A stretch of DNA of 62,801 bases, the filler included. It is 8 parts of 8 records of this genome, joined end to end, with 100 filler letters (N's around TTAATTAATTAA, not from the genome) between each part and the next. Parts side by side here need not be neighbours in the genome. Positions count along the whole stretch, not along the records: positions 19,369 to 25,371 come from SRR31147125_85761; positions 25,472 to 35,828 come from SRR31147125_85804; 6 more parts are not named here. One strand, 5' to 3'. The notes beneath the pieces are model-generated. The model saw only the letters and a list, made by a program, of their open reading frames with translations, was not told the origin of the DNA and searched no databases. The position numbers and the translations under genes are program-made. How positions within the stretch are numbered: the stretch's first letter is position 1; each line of letters opens with the position of its first letter. Of the stretch, positions 19,653 through 30,190 are shown in pieces.

Positions 19653-19986
19653 ATCTGTTGCTCCAGTTTCAGATTGAATATAAAGCCGATCGTTATCACT
19701 CCGGCAACGTCGGCGCATCTATTGTTACTTACTATTCCAAATTACCAAATTGAGCATCTATGCGATTGCAATGGAATTGTCAAGCCGTAAGCGTGTGCTT
19801 ATTTGGTAAAGATCCGGAATTTTCCGTCCTTTTGGATGGTGACCCCGCCGTCCTGATTGGGTAGCATGACCCCGATGAGATGTTTACCGCTTTTTATCCG
19901 GAGCGTTTCACAGCCGTGGAACCGGATGAAAAGCACATGGCGTGCGGGGTGTCCCCGCCTTAATGGTTTCATGGGAAGGAGAGTCA

Positions 19987-22692
19987 ATGATGGTTTCACT
20001 CAATAGGGCCAATGGTTTTTTTGAACAGCTGCCGCAACGGATTCGTAACAAACGCGTTGTCATTGCCCTGCTGATTGTCGTGAGCACGATGATCGTGGGG
20101 TATGGCATGAAAGGGGTGGTGATCGATGAATCCCTGACCAGCTACTTTCATCAGGACGATCCCGTTAAAAAAGCCTATGACCGGTTCCGCACCGTTTTCG
20201 GCGGAGATGAATACCTCTATGTGGTGTATCGCGCCAAAGACGGCGATATTTTTTCAAAGGACTCATTGAATGCGTTGAAAGGGATTCACGATGACTTGAC
20301 CCGTTATCGCTCGGTAGAAGGAGCGCCGGAGAATATGAGTGCGGCACACAAGGAAGGGAAGCTGTCGAAGCACCCGCTGGACCATATCCAAGAGATCAAA
20401 AGCCTCATCAATGTCCAGTACATGGAAGCCGAGGACAACACGTTGTTTTCCAGAAACTTCATTGGCGAACGGCTTCCCACCGATGCGGCGCAACGGGAGG
20501 GGTACAGAGCCAAAGCCCTGGCCCACCCCGACTATCCTCTGATCTATCTTTCCAAGGACTCCCAATATGGGGGGATTGTGATTCGTACCGATTTCAATGC
20601 CGAAAAAACAGGGGCTCTGGATGCTGATGATTCGCGGGATATCAACGGCGGCCGTTTAGAGGATCAAAGAGCTTCGGGCACTCGTTTCGATGATGATGAT
20701 GATGACCTCTTCGAGGATGCGGAGATAGTCGGCACCCCGGTGGAGAGCGGCACCAATCATCCCATCGTCGAAAATCGCAAGAAAGGCCTATTGGACAAAG
20801 ATGAGAGCGACGAACTCATTTCGGCAGATATCAATGAGTATCCGGTCTTTATGACGGCGGTGAGAGACATCATCAATCAAGAGAGTTATACCGATGCTTT
20901 GGAGTTTTATCCGGTGGGCCAGCCCGCTTTTATGGATTTTTTTGCCGTGGCCGTGTTTCAGGATATGGGAAAATTGATGGGACTGGTACTGCTGCTTATC
21001 GTTGTCATGCTCCGGATACTCTTTCGATCATTTGCCGCTGTGGTATGGCCCCTTCTCATCATTGTCCTGACCCTGGTCTGGACGTTGGGAATTGTGGGGT
21101 GGTCCGGCATTGCCATGTCCGCCATGATTCAGGTGATCGTGTTTCTTTCTCTTGCCGTGGGGATTGCCGATACCGTTCATATCCTCTCCGGTTATATTTT
21201 TTTCAGAAATGGCGGTTTGGCCCACCGAAACGCCCTCGATGCCGTCATGAAAAAGTCGGGCCTGGCCTGTCTTCTGACCAGCGTGACCACGGCAGTCGGC
21301 CTTCTGGCCCTCACCCTGGTTCCATTGAAGCCCATTGCCGTGTTCGGTCTTTTTGCCGCCCTTGCCGTGTTTCTTGCATTTTTTTTCACGGTGTTACTGC
21401 TTCCGTTACTGCTGGATTTGTGGGCGCCTGTGACCGCTTCTTCCGTTGAAATAAACCCCAAAAAACATCTCATCCTCCAGGGCATCAAAAAGATAGAGCA
21501 CTGGGGACTGTCCTATCCATCTGCAATCATCCTCGTCTTTGCCGTGTCCGGCGTGTTTCTGTTTGGGGGACTTTGCCAACTGAAGGTGGACTCCAACTTG
21601 GTGGAGATCATCAAAGAGGGGCTTCCGTTGCGGCATGCGTATCAGATGGTTGACGCGCATATGGGGGGCTCTTCCAATATGGAGATCATGCTCGATTTCG
21701 GCACAAAGAATGCCTTGAAACGGCCTAAAGTGCTTTTTGCCATGGAAGCGCTGCAGCAATTTCTGGAGGGAGACGAGACAACCAAAATCGTCAAGACCCA
21801 CTCCCTGGTCAACGTGGTGAAAGATGCGTTTCAAACACTCAATGAAGATCGTCCCTCCATGTATAGAATCCCTGAAGATCCCGGGATTCTGGAGCAGGTG
21901 CTCTTTCTTTTCGAGAATGCAAACTACAAGGATCGGAAACGGTTGGTCACCGATGATTATGCCAACGCCCGGATCGGAATCAACGCCGTAAATGTCGGGA
22001 GCATCGAGTCCATGGCCATCATGGAGCGGGTACAGGGCTTTATCGACAAGCGATTCGGTAATTTGAAAGCGGAGTTTCCCGAATTACAGGTTACATTGAC
22101 CGGCGGAGTGCCGCTAATGGCCACCATGCTGGACTACATCGCCTGGGCTCAGATCAAAAGCTTTGGGCTCGCGTTGCTGGTCATTTCCGGAATACTGCTG
22201 CTGGTGTTGGGTTCATTAAAAGCCGGAGTGGCGGCCCTTGCCCCCAATCTCTTTCCCATTCTCACCTCATTCGGACTCATGGGCTACTTCGGTATTCCTC
22301 TGGATGCCGATACCTTGCTCATCGCCCCCATCATCATCGGTATTGCCGTGGACGATACCATCCATTTCATGACCCACTACAGGCTGGAGATGGAGAGCTC
22401 GGGAAACATCACAAAAGCGGCAATCGATGCCGTCCGGGAAGCAGGACAGGCCATCACCTTCACCTCATTGATTCTGTCCGTCGGGTTTTTGGTGTTCATT
22501 CGATCCTTTCATAACGGGTTGAGCCATTTTGGAATTTTCGCATCCATCGCGATTACGGCCGCCCTGATCTCCGATCTTCTGTTGCTTCCGGCGTTGTGCC
22601 GGGCCATGAACATCGATTTCAATTTGAAACAGTCACCGTCACATTCAACTTCGCTGATCACCTCTAAAACAGTGCTGGGGTGGGGGGGATGA
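19987..22692 (+). CDS. MMPL/RND family transporter
   Basis: Two TM bundles with AVGIADTVH and IGIAVDDTIHF motifs, FGGDE, large periplasmic loops; start probably ATG 19987 (GGAGAG RBS). Confidence 0.9.
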   Translation: MMVSLNRANGFFEQLPQRIRNKRVVIALLIVVSTMIVGYGMKGVVIDESLTSYFHQDDPVKKAYDRFRTVFGGDEYLYVVYRAKDGDIFSKDSLNALKGIHDDLTRYRSVEGAPENMSAAHKEGKLSKHPLDHIQEIKSLINVQYMEAEDNTLFSRNFIGERLPTDAAQREGYRAKALAHPDYPLIYLSKDSQYGGIVIRTDFNAEKTGALDADDSRDINGGRLEDQRASGTRFDDDDDDLFEDAEIVGTPVESGTNHPIVENRKKGLLDKDESDELISADINEYPVFMTAVRDIINQESYTDALEFYPVGQPAFMDFFAVAVFQDMGKLMGLVLLLIVVMLRILFRSFAAVVWPLLIIVLTLVWTLGIVGWSGIAMSAMIQVIVFLSLAVGIADTVHILSGYIFFRNGGLAHRNALDAVMKKSGLACLLTSVTTAVGLLALTLVPLKPIAVFGLFAALAVFLAFFFTVLLLPLLLDLWAPVTASSVEINPKKHLILQGIKKIEHWGLSYPSAIILVFAVSGVFLFGGLCQLKVDSNLVEIIKEGLPLRHAYQMVDAHMGGSSNMEIMLDFGTKNALKRPKVLFAMEALQQFLEGDETTKIVKTHSLVNVVKDAFQTLNEDRPSMYRIPEDPGILEQVLFLFENANYKDRKRLVTDDYANARIGINAVNVGSIESMAIMERVQGFIDKRFGNLKAEFPELQVTLTGGVPLMATMLDYIAWAQIKSFGLALLVISGILLLVLGSLKAGVAALAPNLFPILTSFGLMGYFGIPLDADTLLIAPIIIGIAVDDTIHFMTHYRLEMESSGNITKAAIDAVREAGQAITFTSLILSVGFLVFIRSFHNGLSHFGIFASIAITAALISDLLLLPALCRAMNIDFNLKQSPSHSTSLITSKTVLGWGG

Positions 22693-23600
22693 TGCTGATG
22701 GGTGCGTCCCTTTTGGGAGGGATCTGTTTTGTAAATGATGCTTTCGCAAGCAGCCCGAATGTAACAAATACTGTGAGGGCAAAGGACGGCAACGCTGCAA
22801 GGGAGATCATCCGGCGCGTTCTGGATCGAAATGACGGAACAACCGAAATCGGACGAATCACGCTGTCCACCTGCTCGGTCACCAAAAAGGGAAACCGTAT
22901 TGTCTGCTCATCCGATCCCAGAGTCAAACGGATGGATATGATTCGAAAGGATTACGGCCCCCGTGAGAAGGATCATAAAAGCGTCACCATTCTTGTCGAA
23001 CCGGCCGGAGAGAAGGGAATCGGATTTCTGCAGTACGATTATGAGGCGTTGGAAAGGGAGACCGACCAGTGGCTCTATCTTTCAGCCCTTGGAAAGGTCA
23101 AACGGATCGTTTCCGGGAATGAGAACGAACCCAAGACCGGCAGTTTTTTCGGTTCGGAGTTCAGCTATGAAGATATGGAAAAACGTCATCTCGACGACTA
23201 CACCTACAAGATCCTGGGAGAAGAGCGCCATGCCGGAGTCAATTGTGTGGTGATCGAGGCGCTCCCGACACCGGTGAGAGCGGAAAAAAGCAACTACTCC
23301 AAAGCCCTGGAGTGGGTGGATCGTCAACGGGATATGACTCTGAAAACCGTTCTGTACGATCGTCGGGGGAGAAAGATCAAAAAGGTGTACTATCGAAAGA
23401 TACAATCGGTCGACGACATTCTGGTTCCCATGGAGATTGTGGTGCTGAACCTGGAGAGCAGACGGAAAACCTCCATGCGGTATGAAGAGATTGCCCTCAA
23501 CGTTCCGGTGGATGATCGGTTTTTGACCCAGCGGACGTTGACGGATGGGGCATATCGGGAAACATCTCTGGCAACGTATCGCTCACACTATGACCAATGA
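22680..23600 (+). CDS. Outer-membrane lipoprotein-sorting (LolA-like) protein
   Basis: Signal peptide; DQWLYLSALGKVKRI and SFFGSEFSYED motifs. Confidence 0.85.
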   Translation: MGGMMLMGASLLGGICFVNDAFASSPNVTNTVRAKDGNAAREIIRRVLDRNDGTTEIGRITLSTCSVTKKGNRIVCSSDPRVKRMDMIRKDYGPREKDHKSVTILVEPAGEKGIGFLQYDYEALERETDQWLYLSALGKVKRIVSGNENEPKTGSFFGSEFSYEDMEKRHLDDYTYKILGEERHAGVNCVVIEALPTPVRAEKSNYSKALEWVDRQRDMTLKTVLYDRRGRKIKKVYYRKIQSVDDILVPMEIVVLNLESRRKTSMRYEEIALNVPVDDRFLTQRTLTDGAYRETSLATYRSHYDQ

Positions 23601-25344
23601 GCGTGATCTCCATGATGCGCTTGTGGGGAGGGATCGGAATCGTTTTGTGTCTCTTTTTCCATCCGGGATGGGGATCGGGACGGGGCGTGCCGGGCGGGTG
23701 TGAGACCGGCGTGTGTCAAAGTCGTTTCGATACGGACGATGGGCTGGATTCCTTTGATGGGGATGCATGGGAAGAATTCCAACAGGACGCATCTTTTCAG
23801 TCCGATGAACCGGATGCAACAGATGGGAACAGATATGAAAAAGGGAGGGGGCAGAAAAAAATCGACATCGACCCCCATGAATCGGAATACGGGGGAAAAG
23901 GGCGTCAAAAGCCATTGAATGATCAGAAAAAAGGCAATGCATTCCTCTCAACATTGCTGGAGGATTCCGTCTTTACCTTGGGCTATCAACTGTCCCATGG
24001 GGTGGATGAAAATGCCTCACTCATCACCAACAGATCTTTTATACGCCACCAGTTTGAACGGTTGATTGCCGGTCGCTTGTTTTTCAAATTCGACGGAAAG
24101 CTCTCTTTCTTATTACCGTCGGATCATGGGGTCGATGCCGATGATGCAAACGGTACGGGCAACAGCCATTGGAAGCGTCGCGGAAGGTTCAGAGAGTGTT
24201 ATCTTCAAGGGGGTACCGATCTTTTTTCCCTCAAAGTGGGAAAACAGATCGGTGTCTGGGGAAAAGCCGACACCGTGGCCGTGACGGATATTCTCTCGCC
24301 GAGGGACAGATCGGAATTTATCTTTATCGATCTTGAAGATTCACGGTTCGGCCAATGGATGATCTCCGCCGATCTTTACCTGGAGGTGTTGGATCTGTTT
24401 CTTTTTGTCTCCCCATGTCCTGCTGTTGACGATGCGCCGGATCGCGGGACCCGATATTATCGGGGGATGTCGGATGAATTTTTCATATCAGGCGTAAATA
24501 CCGTCCCGGACACGGATTCGATCCTACAAGATCAATTGTTCGGCTCGCCCTATCCATTGCAGTTTCAGGATGATCGACCGGAGTGGGGCGATGTTGAATA
24601 TGGGATAAAATTGGACAAGTCATATGAAAAAACGGAAGTCTCCCTGATGGCCGGTCGGTTTTTTTCGAATTCCGCTCTATTCGAGTTTGATGGAAGGGGG
24701 GAGAGTCGACAAGGGAAAAAAGCGCAAGGGAGCCGTTATCGGTATGGTGACGATAATCGTGATGATGGATGTTTTGTTGATCTTAGTGACGGTGCGGAAA
24801 AAAAGGCCCGATCATGATGGAACGGTATCCTCAATACACCATGATCGGCGGTGCCATATCCCATGCCCTTGACAGTGTCTTGTTAAAAGCGGAAGTCGCC
24901 TATAAACATCGGTTGCCGTTGCAGGGAACCGGAACCAATGAAAATAGCGGGGATCCGTATTTCATTGACAGGGCGGCAGTTTGGGATATGGCGGTGGGCG
25001 TCGATTTCAATGCCAACGATCGTTACCATCTGACTGTTGAGATCTCCAATCGTCATATTGGGGATTTTAATGAAGAGATGACTCTCGTTCGCCGAAACAG
25101 CAGCTCATGTTACACCACCTTCACCAAAGCGTGTTTCAATGAAATTCTGGAGCTGGAATATGATTTTTATTACCATTTTCAGGATCGAAATCGGTTTCAT
25201 CAGTTCCATGTCGCATATGATCTGACCGACACCCTGAAAATAAAAACCTCATTGGCGCTCTTCCATATGGAGAACGAATCATCCGCTTTGGGGGCGTATG
25301 GCGGGGAAGATCGTTTCACCCTGGAAATCCTCAAATTCTTCTAA
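23597..25344 (+). CDS. Outer-membrane beta-barrel protein (DUF1302-like), split into two ORFs near 24814
   Basis: RECYLQ...LKVGKQIGVWGKAD...DILSPRD; the second ORF continues the strands and ends in FF; typical third gene of MMPL/LolA-like modules. Confidence 0.7.
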
Positions 25345-25371
25345 GGGACTCCGCAGCTTTTGATTTACCAC

Positions 25372-25471
25372 NNNNNNNNNNNNNNNNNNNNNNNNNNNNN
25401 NNNNNNNNNNNNNNNTTAATTAATTAANNNNNNNNNNNNNNNNNNNNNNNNNNNNNNNNNNNNNNNNNNNN
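25372..25471. other. Artificial contig linker
   Basis: N44-TTAATTAATTAA-N44. Confidence 0.98.
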
Positions 25472-26006
25472 AGCACCCATTCTGCCCGTTCCACAGGAGC
25501 CTGGTCGAAACCGTCAACGCAAACACAAAACAAACAGGTCATTTAATAATCGACAACCTACGCAATGGCCCCCCAATGCGTATGGCGCTGGGTGCCCGGT
25601 ATCCGCAAGGACCGGGAGGCAATTGGATGGTCTTGACAGCACCCAGCGCATCTTCCCCACCATTACCAAATAATCGCGGTAGCCGACTGCAGCAGCCGCC
25701 CCTTGGTTTCCTGGATCGGATACTCTCCACTTTTTCGATATTATCGAGTTACATTTTCGAAAGCATTGTCAATCCAACCCACACAAATGTAAGCATCTCG
25801 ACATTCAATTCCTGATCACGCGTCGACTCATCGGAGCGATGCTTTTCACGACCATGGCCAGCTCCGACAATCGCCCATGGCCCGGTTAAATGCCGGTTTC
25901 TGTAAGGACGACCAAGACTGCAAATGAATATTGTGCGCATTGATTTTAAATGTCACGCGACGTCCTTGTATAGACTTCCGGGCAAACAAGCAGCAACTCC
26001 ATTTTT

Positions 26007-26022
26007 TGGTACAAGCCTTGCT
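26007..26022 (+). promoter_or_regulatory. Sigma54 (-24/-12) promoter
   Basis: TGGTAC-AAGCC-TTGCT with correct GG-N10-GC spacing, about 90 bp upstream of ATG 26111. Confidence 0.7.
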
Positions 26023-26110
26023 GTGTTAGGTAATCGACCATCGAATGGAGGATCGCAACACCACCCAACACCGGACCTTGCCTAAACCTGAGCGAGCCGA
26101 AAGGAGTCCC

Positions 26111-26398
26111 ATGACCATCGGAAATGCGTTAACCTTTATCAAGCGGGGCCAGACAGACGCATCATTGCGCGCACGCCTGAACACCGCCAACACGCCTGAC
26201 GAACTGAATGAGATTCTATCCGCGGAAAAGATTACCTTTTCCGCCCATGATTTTGACGAAGCGTTCCACCATCAACTCACCGAGTGCCAGGAGGAAGAGG
26301 AGGCGGATCAACTCAAGGAATTCAAAATGTGGTGGGATCTTTTATCCCAATGCCTTAACCCCGCCGCCTGTGATAACGTATGCGGCAGTTGTGGATAA
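26111..26398 (+). CDS. Nif11-like domain protein with a Cys-rich tail
   Basis: MTIGNALTFIKR..DASLRARL..TPDEL..I..EKITFS Nif11-like pattern; ends CLNPAACDNVCGSCG; RBS AAGGAG. Confidence 0.7.
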   Translation: MTIGNALTFIKRGQTDASLRARLNTANTPDELNEILSAEKITFSAHDFDEAFHHQLTECQEEEEADQLKEFKMWWDLLSQCLNPAACDNVCGSCG

Positions 26399-26481
26399 AT
26401 GCCATTGAAAGCCAACCATTGTTTATGCGACGCTCAGCATTCAGCCTAAAGTCAAACACTCCCGGTGGAAAAGGAACACCC

Positions 26482-26730
26482 ATGAAAAAGGCAACCCTCG
26501 AAAAAATTTTTGAATATGCATCCATGCCACTACACGGTACTCTGTCACGCAAGTTGAGGAAAGACATCAGCTGTCAAATCAATGAAGAAAAAATATACGT
26601 CAAGGCAACTCTCTTCTTGGGTGAGGAGTTTGTACGCATCACCGAAACCGAGGCAGGCAAGACCATCAACACCTATTATGATTGGGAAAGTATCGCCTCC
26701 GTCCGAACGATTGCCAATCTTGGAGAATAA
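26482..26730 (+). CDS. Small hypothetical protein (82 aa)
   Basis: MKKATLEKIFEYASMPLHGTLSRKLRKD...NTYYDW; RBS AAAGGA; globular-looking sequence. Confidence 0.7.
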   Translation: MKKATLEKIFEYASMPLHGTLSRKLRKDISCQINEEKIYVKATLFLGEEFVRITETEAGKTINTYYDWESIASVRTIANLGE

Positions 26731-26932
26731 TCGTATGGACCATCTCCAAGCCTCAAGGCGTCATATTGTGAAACTTTGCATGGCCGTCAAGTTGTTTCCG
26801 TTTGGCCAGATTCAGGAGCCGGTCATAAATCGACTGGTAGATCGGCTGAACCACTTTAATCGGCATCGGGCCATGGTGATGGCTACCCGTCACCATGGCC
26901 CATTCACATACGAATTGCCGGCAGCTTATCCC

Positions 26933-27178
26933 CTACTTAAGTTTGTCCAATAACCCAACCGGATCAACACCGGGTCTGGCAAAACTCTTGGGGTCAACCC
27001 CGTCACCAAGTGAAAATTCATTGAGCACTTTGATAAAATTTTCCGGTTGATCCAAGCGCTCCAGATACCACAAATCAGAACACAGTTTATTCATCACGCT
27101 GTGGCCATGCTCCGGGCACCCGGTGTCACCGCCCACGTAACCCAGCGCCATGCCGTCCCAGTTGCCGGTATTGAGTCA
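26933..27178 (-). pseudogene. C-terminal remnant of a second FmdE-family gene
   Basis: LWYLERLDQPENFIKVLNEFSL...FARPGVDP parallels LDYLDQPERFVSTAVTFDL...AGRNP at the end of the upstream FmdE gene. Confidence 0.55.
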
Positions 27179-27184
27179 TCCGGT

Positions 27185-28183
27185 CTATTTTTTAGTGAGT
27201 CCCACAACCTCCCAGGGGTTGCGGCCCGCCTGGGTAATCGTTTCATAACGGTCCTCGTCCAGATCGAATGTTACGGCCGTCGAGACAAACCGTTCCGGCT
27301 GATCCAGATAGTCAAGGGCGGCCAATACCATGGCGGCCTTGGGCGTGTCTTTGGGCGACAAGGCGCGCAAGGGGTCGAAGCTAAAGCTCAAGGCGGCGCC
27401 TCGGCCACGCTTTTGCTTGGCATCCCAGACCAGCACCATGCCAGCCGGATTGGCAATCGTGATCTGCTTTCTTTGATCATCGGAAAGCGGTTTAACGATC
27501 AAGCCCTTCTTGCCGGGAGTGCAATCCATGACCACCTGAAAAGCGTCTTCCTTGCACCACACCGGACAGGCAACCACGGTATAGCGCTCATCCTGTTTTA
27601 GCGGAAAATGATCGAGGATATAATGCGCCATGAGATATCCCGAAGTCAGCCCGGGGCAGATATGGTTGTGCAGTTCGGCACTTTTCAAAAAGTCATACGG
27701 TCCATCCTTGGCCCACACGTTGGCCATGGAAGCCAGACTGAATATGTCTCGACCGGCCTTTAGTGTTTTAGCTTTTTCCCAGAAAGTTGGCTGAGAAATC
27801 ATGGCCGGTCCCATGTTAAGGGAGTCGATTTCCCAGTTGTTCTTAATACGGCTGAAGATAGCCGCGTTGCCATTTTTCTTGTGAAAAAGCATCAACCGTA
27901 AGGGGTGGGTCCGAGGTCGTTGAAAAAACAGCAGGTTGCCCTTGCCTACCGTGCAACCGGTCTTCTCCTGGGCCTGATCCAGCCATTTGAGCGCGCTGGT
28001 GTCATCCGCCTTGACATAAGGGGCGTCGGTTAGAATCAGCAGATCAAGATCGCCTTTGGATACCTCAAGCGTCTGCATGGCCTGTGAAACCATGGTCTCG
28101 AAAGTGTCGGCCAAAACATGACCACGAAGACCGACAGTCAGCAAAAGGGCTATCGTAATGCCGATACGAACAAGTTGTTGCAT
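27185..28183 (-). CDS. FmdE-family metal-binding protein (secreted)
   Basis: Signal peptide MQQLVRIGITIALLL; ELHNHICPGLTSGY, PVWCKEDAFQ, CTPGK; RBS AAGGAG. Confidence 0.85.
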   Translation of the reverse strand: MQQLVRIGITIALLLTVGLRGHVLADTFETMVSQAMQTLEVSKGDLDLLILTDAPYVKADDTSALKWLDQAQEKTGCTVGKGNLLFFQRPRTHPLRLMLFHKKNGNAAIFSRIKNNWEIDSLNMGPAMISQPTFWEKAKTLKAGRDIFSLASMANVWAKDGPYDFLKSAELHNHICPGLTSGYLMAHYILDHFPLKQDERYTVVACPVWCKEDAFQVVMDCTPGKKGLIVKPLSDDQRKQITIANPAGMVLVWDAKQKRGRGAALSFSFDPLRALSPKDTPKAAMVLAALDYLDQPERFVSTAVTFDLDEDRYETITQAGRNPWEVVGLTKK

Positions 28184-28359
28184 CCTTTTCTCCTTCTTTA
28201 GGCATAAGCCAAAATTGATACTACGATGTTGTACCGTCTGATGGGTGGCAATTCCATTGTCTGCCGACTGGCGAGGTCGAACTAAGCATGTATAGGCCGC
28301 CCCCCAATCCATGTGTTTTTCTCCATTATTCGTTAACTTGAGAGCCGCGGAAAATCGGA

Positions 28360-29650
28360 TTAGAAGCGGAACCTTAAAGTCGCTTCCACGGTACGATCAG
28401 CAGCGGCAAAACCGGAGGTGTTGTAATAGGTCGCATTAAGCAGGTTTTTCACATAGACACTCACTGCCACCTCTTCCAACATTCCCTTTTTCTTCCACAA
28501 GACCTGATCAATACCTGCATCGACCGTGTGGTAGGCATCGATTTGCACCTGCGCAAAGTCCCATACATCCTCGGCGACCTCCTCTGAACGCTCGGTGACC
28601 TCGTCGCTTTGATAGTGGTAGTCCAGCATCAGTTCGGTAGTGTCGAACAACTGATATCGCAAGCCGGCACTCATGCGATGCTCGGCCCGCTGATCGAGCT
28701 CGGTCTTTCCGGCGTGCTCGTCTCCCTGGCTGTCGAAATCCTGCCACGAGTAAGCTAAATAAAAGGAGAGTTTTTCCATAAGATGCCCGCTTAGCTCAAC
28801 ATCCACCCCATATCGATACACCTCTTCCAGATTGAGCTTGTAATCACTGAAACGCAATCTGCCAGCATCTCCACCGGAGTATTGGGCGTATGTGCTGTTG
28901 GTGGCGATAAAATCCTCGATATCGTAAAAGGAGAAATCGATGGAAAACTGGATATCATTGAACAGCCGACGGTTGAAAATCAGATCGTAGCCAGGCAGCC
29001 ATCCCGTCCAGCCGCCAGGTGGCAAACGATTTGGGGATAAATTCATCCCAATCACGCTCGATGTAGCGATCTAAAGAATTGTTCCACAGTGTTCCACCGG
29101 ACTCATTGCTCACCCAGATCTTGACTCGTTCGTAACGCAGCCCCAGGGTCGGGCCTACATTGTCCAAGATCCCCCATATTCTCGTAATAGGCCCGTTGGC
29201 GATTGTCTTTGCCTTTGTACGCTCCCAGTGACAATTTGCCGATGGGCTCGGTTGTTCAAGGTCCATTCGATAGTGGTAGGATTCACCGTTCCAGGTTGGA
29301 TCCTGATACGGGTCGAAGGCACCGTTTTCCGTTGCTGGATAGCTACTGTCATAGTCGCCGTCCGCTTCCCCTGGATTGTTGACCGGCGGTTGTCTGTCGG
29401 TATCACTGCCCGAAGCGCCGATGGCCGCGAATCCATCGGCGGGCAGCAGATAGCCGAAAAATCATCGACGTCGATGACGATTTTTGAGGGGCTGAGTTCG
29501 AGCCCCGGCATACCGTCTTTTCCCGAGACCACGATGTCTTCAAGCTTCCTGACCGATCCCGAAGCGGGATCCCGAGTCTGCTCCAACTGCCCACCCGTTT
29601 CGGATTCCGCATCCGCCGATCCACACCGCACACGCACCAAACCCTCTCAT
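28360..29650 (-). pseudogene. TonB-dependent receptor remnant with internal deletions and frameshifts
   Basis: TonB-box-like LEDIVVSGK, middle fragment TLGLRYE, C-terminal VKNLLN...EATLRFRF, in several frames within only 1.3 kb. Confidence 0.75.
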
Positions 29651-29688
29651 CGCCTGATCTCCTCCCCCTCGTCGCTTGCCCTCATGCC

Positions 29689-29740
29689 AAAAATAAAAAG
29701 CCACGAAACCGGGGATATTGGGTCCCCCGCCTTCGTGGCT
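29689..29740 (-). terminator. Terminator/attenuator-like hairpin in the leader of the TonB receptor remnant
   Basis: AGCCACGAA...TTCGTGGCT stem followed by TTTTATTTTT on the minus strand, about 40 nt before the start codon. Confidence 0.6.
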
Positions 29741-30190
29741 TAAGTGGTGAACGAATTTTAGTGTTTGATGAAACTATTGATATTAATGGATTGTCGTAAA
29801 ATCATGGCACCTTCATGGTACCGGATACGTTAAGTGATCTAACAAAAAATGAGAATTAACCCAATACTAATTAGCAGTCAAGGAAATAGTTCACACTTAT
29901 TACCGGATAGGCGCCAATGGACAAAATGCTGCCTCTTTTGTTTCTATCTGGTTCCGGTTATTTATCGCACGCCCGCGATCGGTATCCGCCTGACCATCGG
30001 CGCCCTGGCCCGAGGAGTGCTGATGCGGTTTGTCATATAGGCTGCTCAATGCCGTACCGAAGCCATTGCACCCGCCGTTTTCGCGGGCATTCCCGCGAAA
30101 TCAAGGGTTCGTTTCTGGGGCAGCTTGATATAAAAAATCTTTTTTGCTAAGGACCGTATCATCCCAAGGTCTGATTAGGATAAAGCAACC

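Noticed and set aside
29750-30150. Cobalamin riboswitch upstream of the TonB remnant
   Set aside because: Expected from context, but the conserved GGGAA and B12-box elements were not found by eye.
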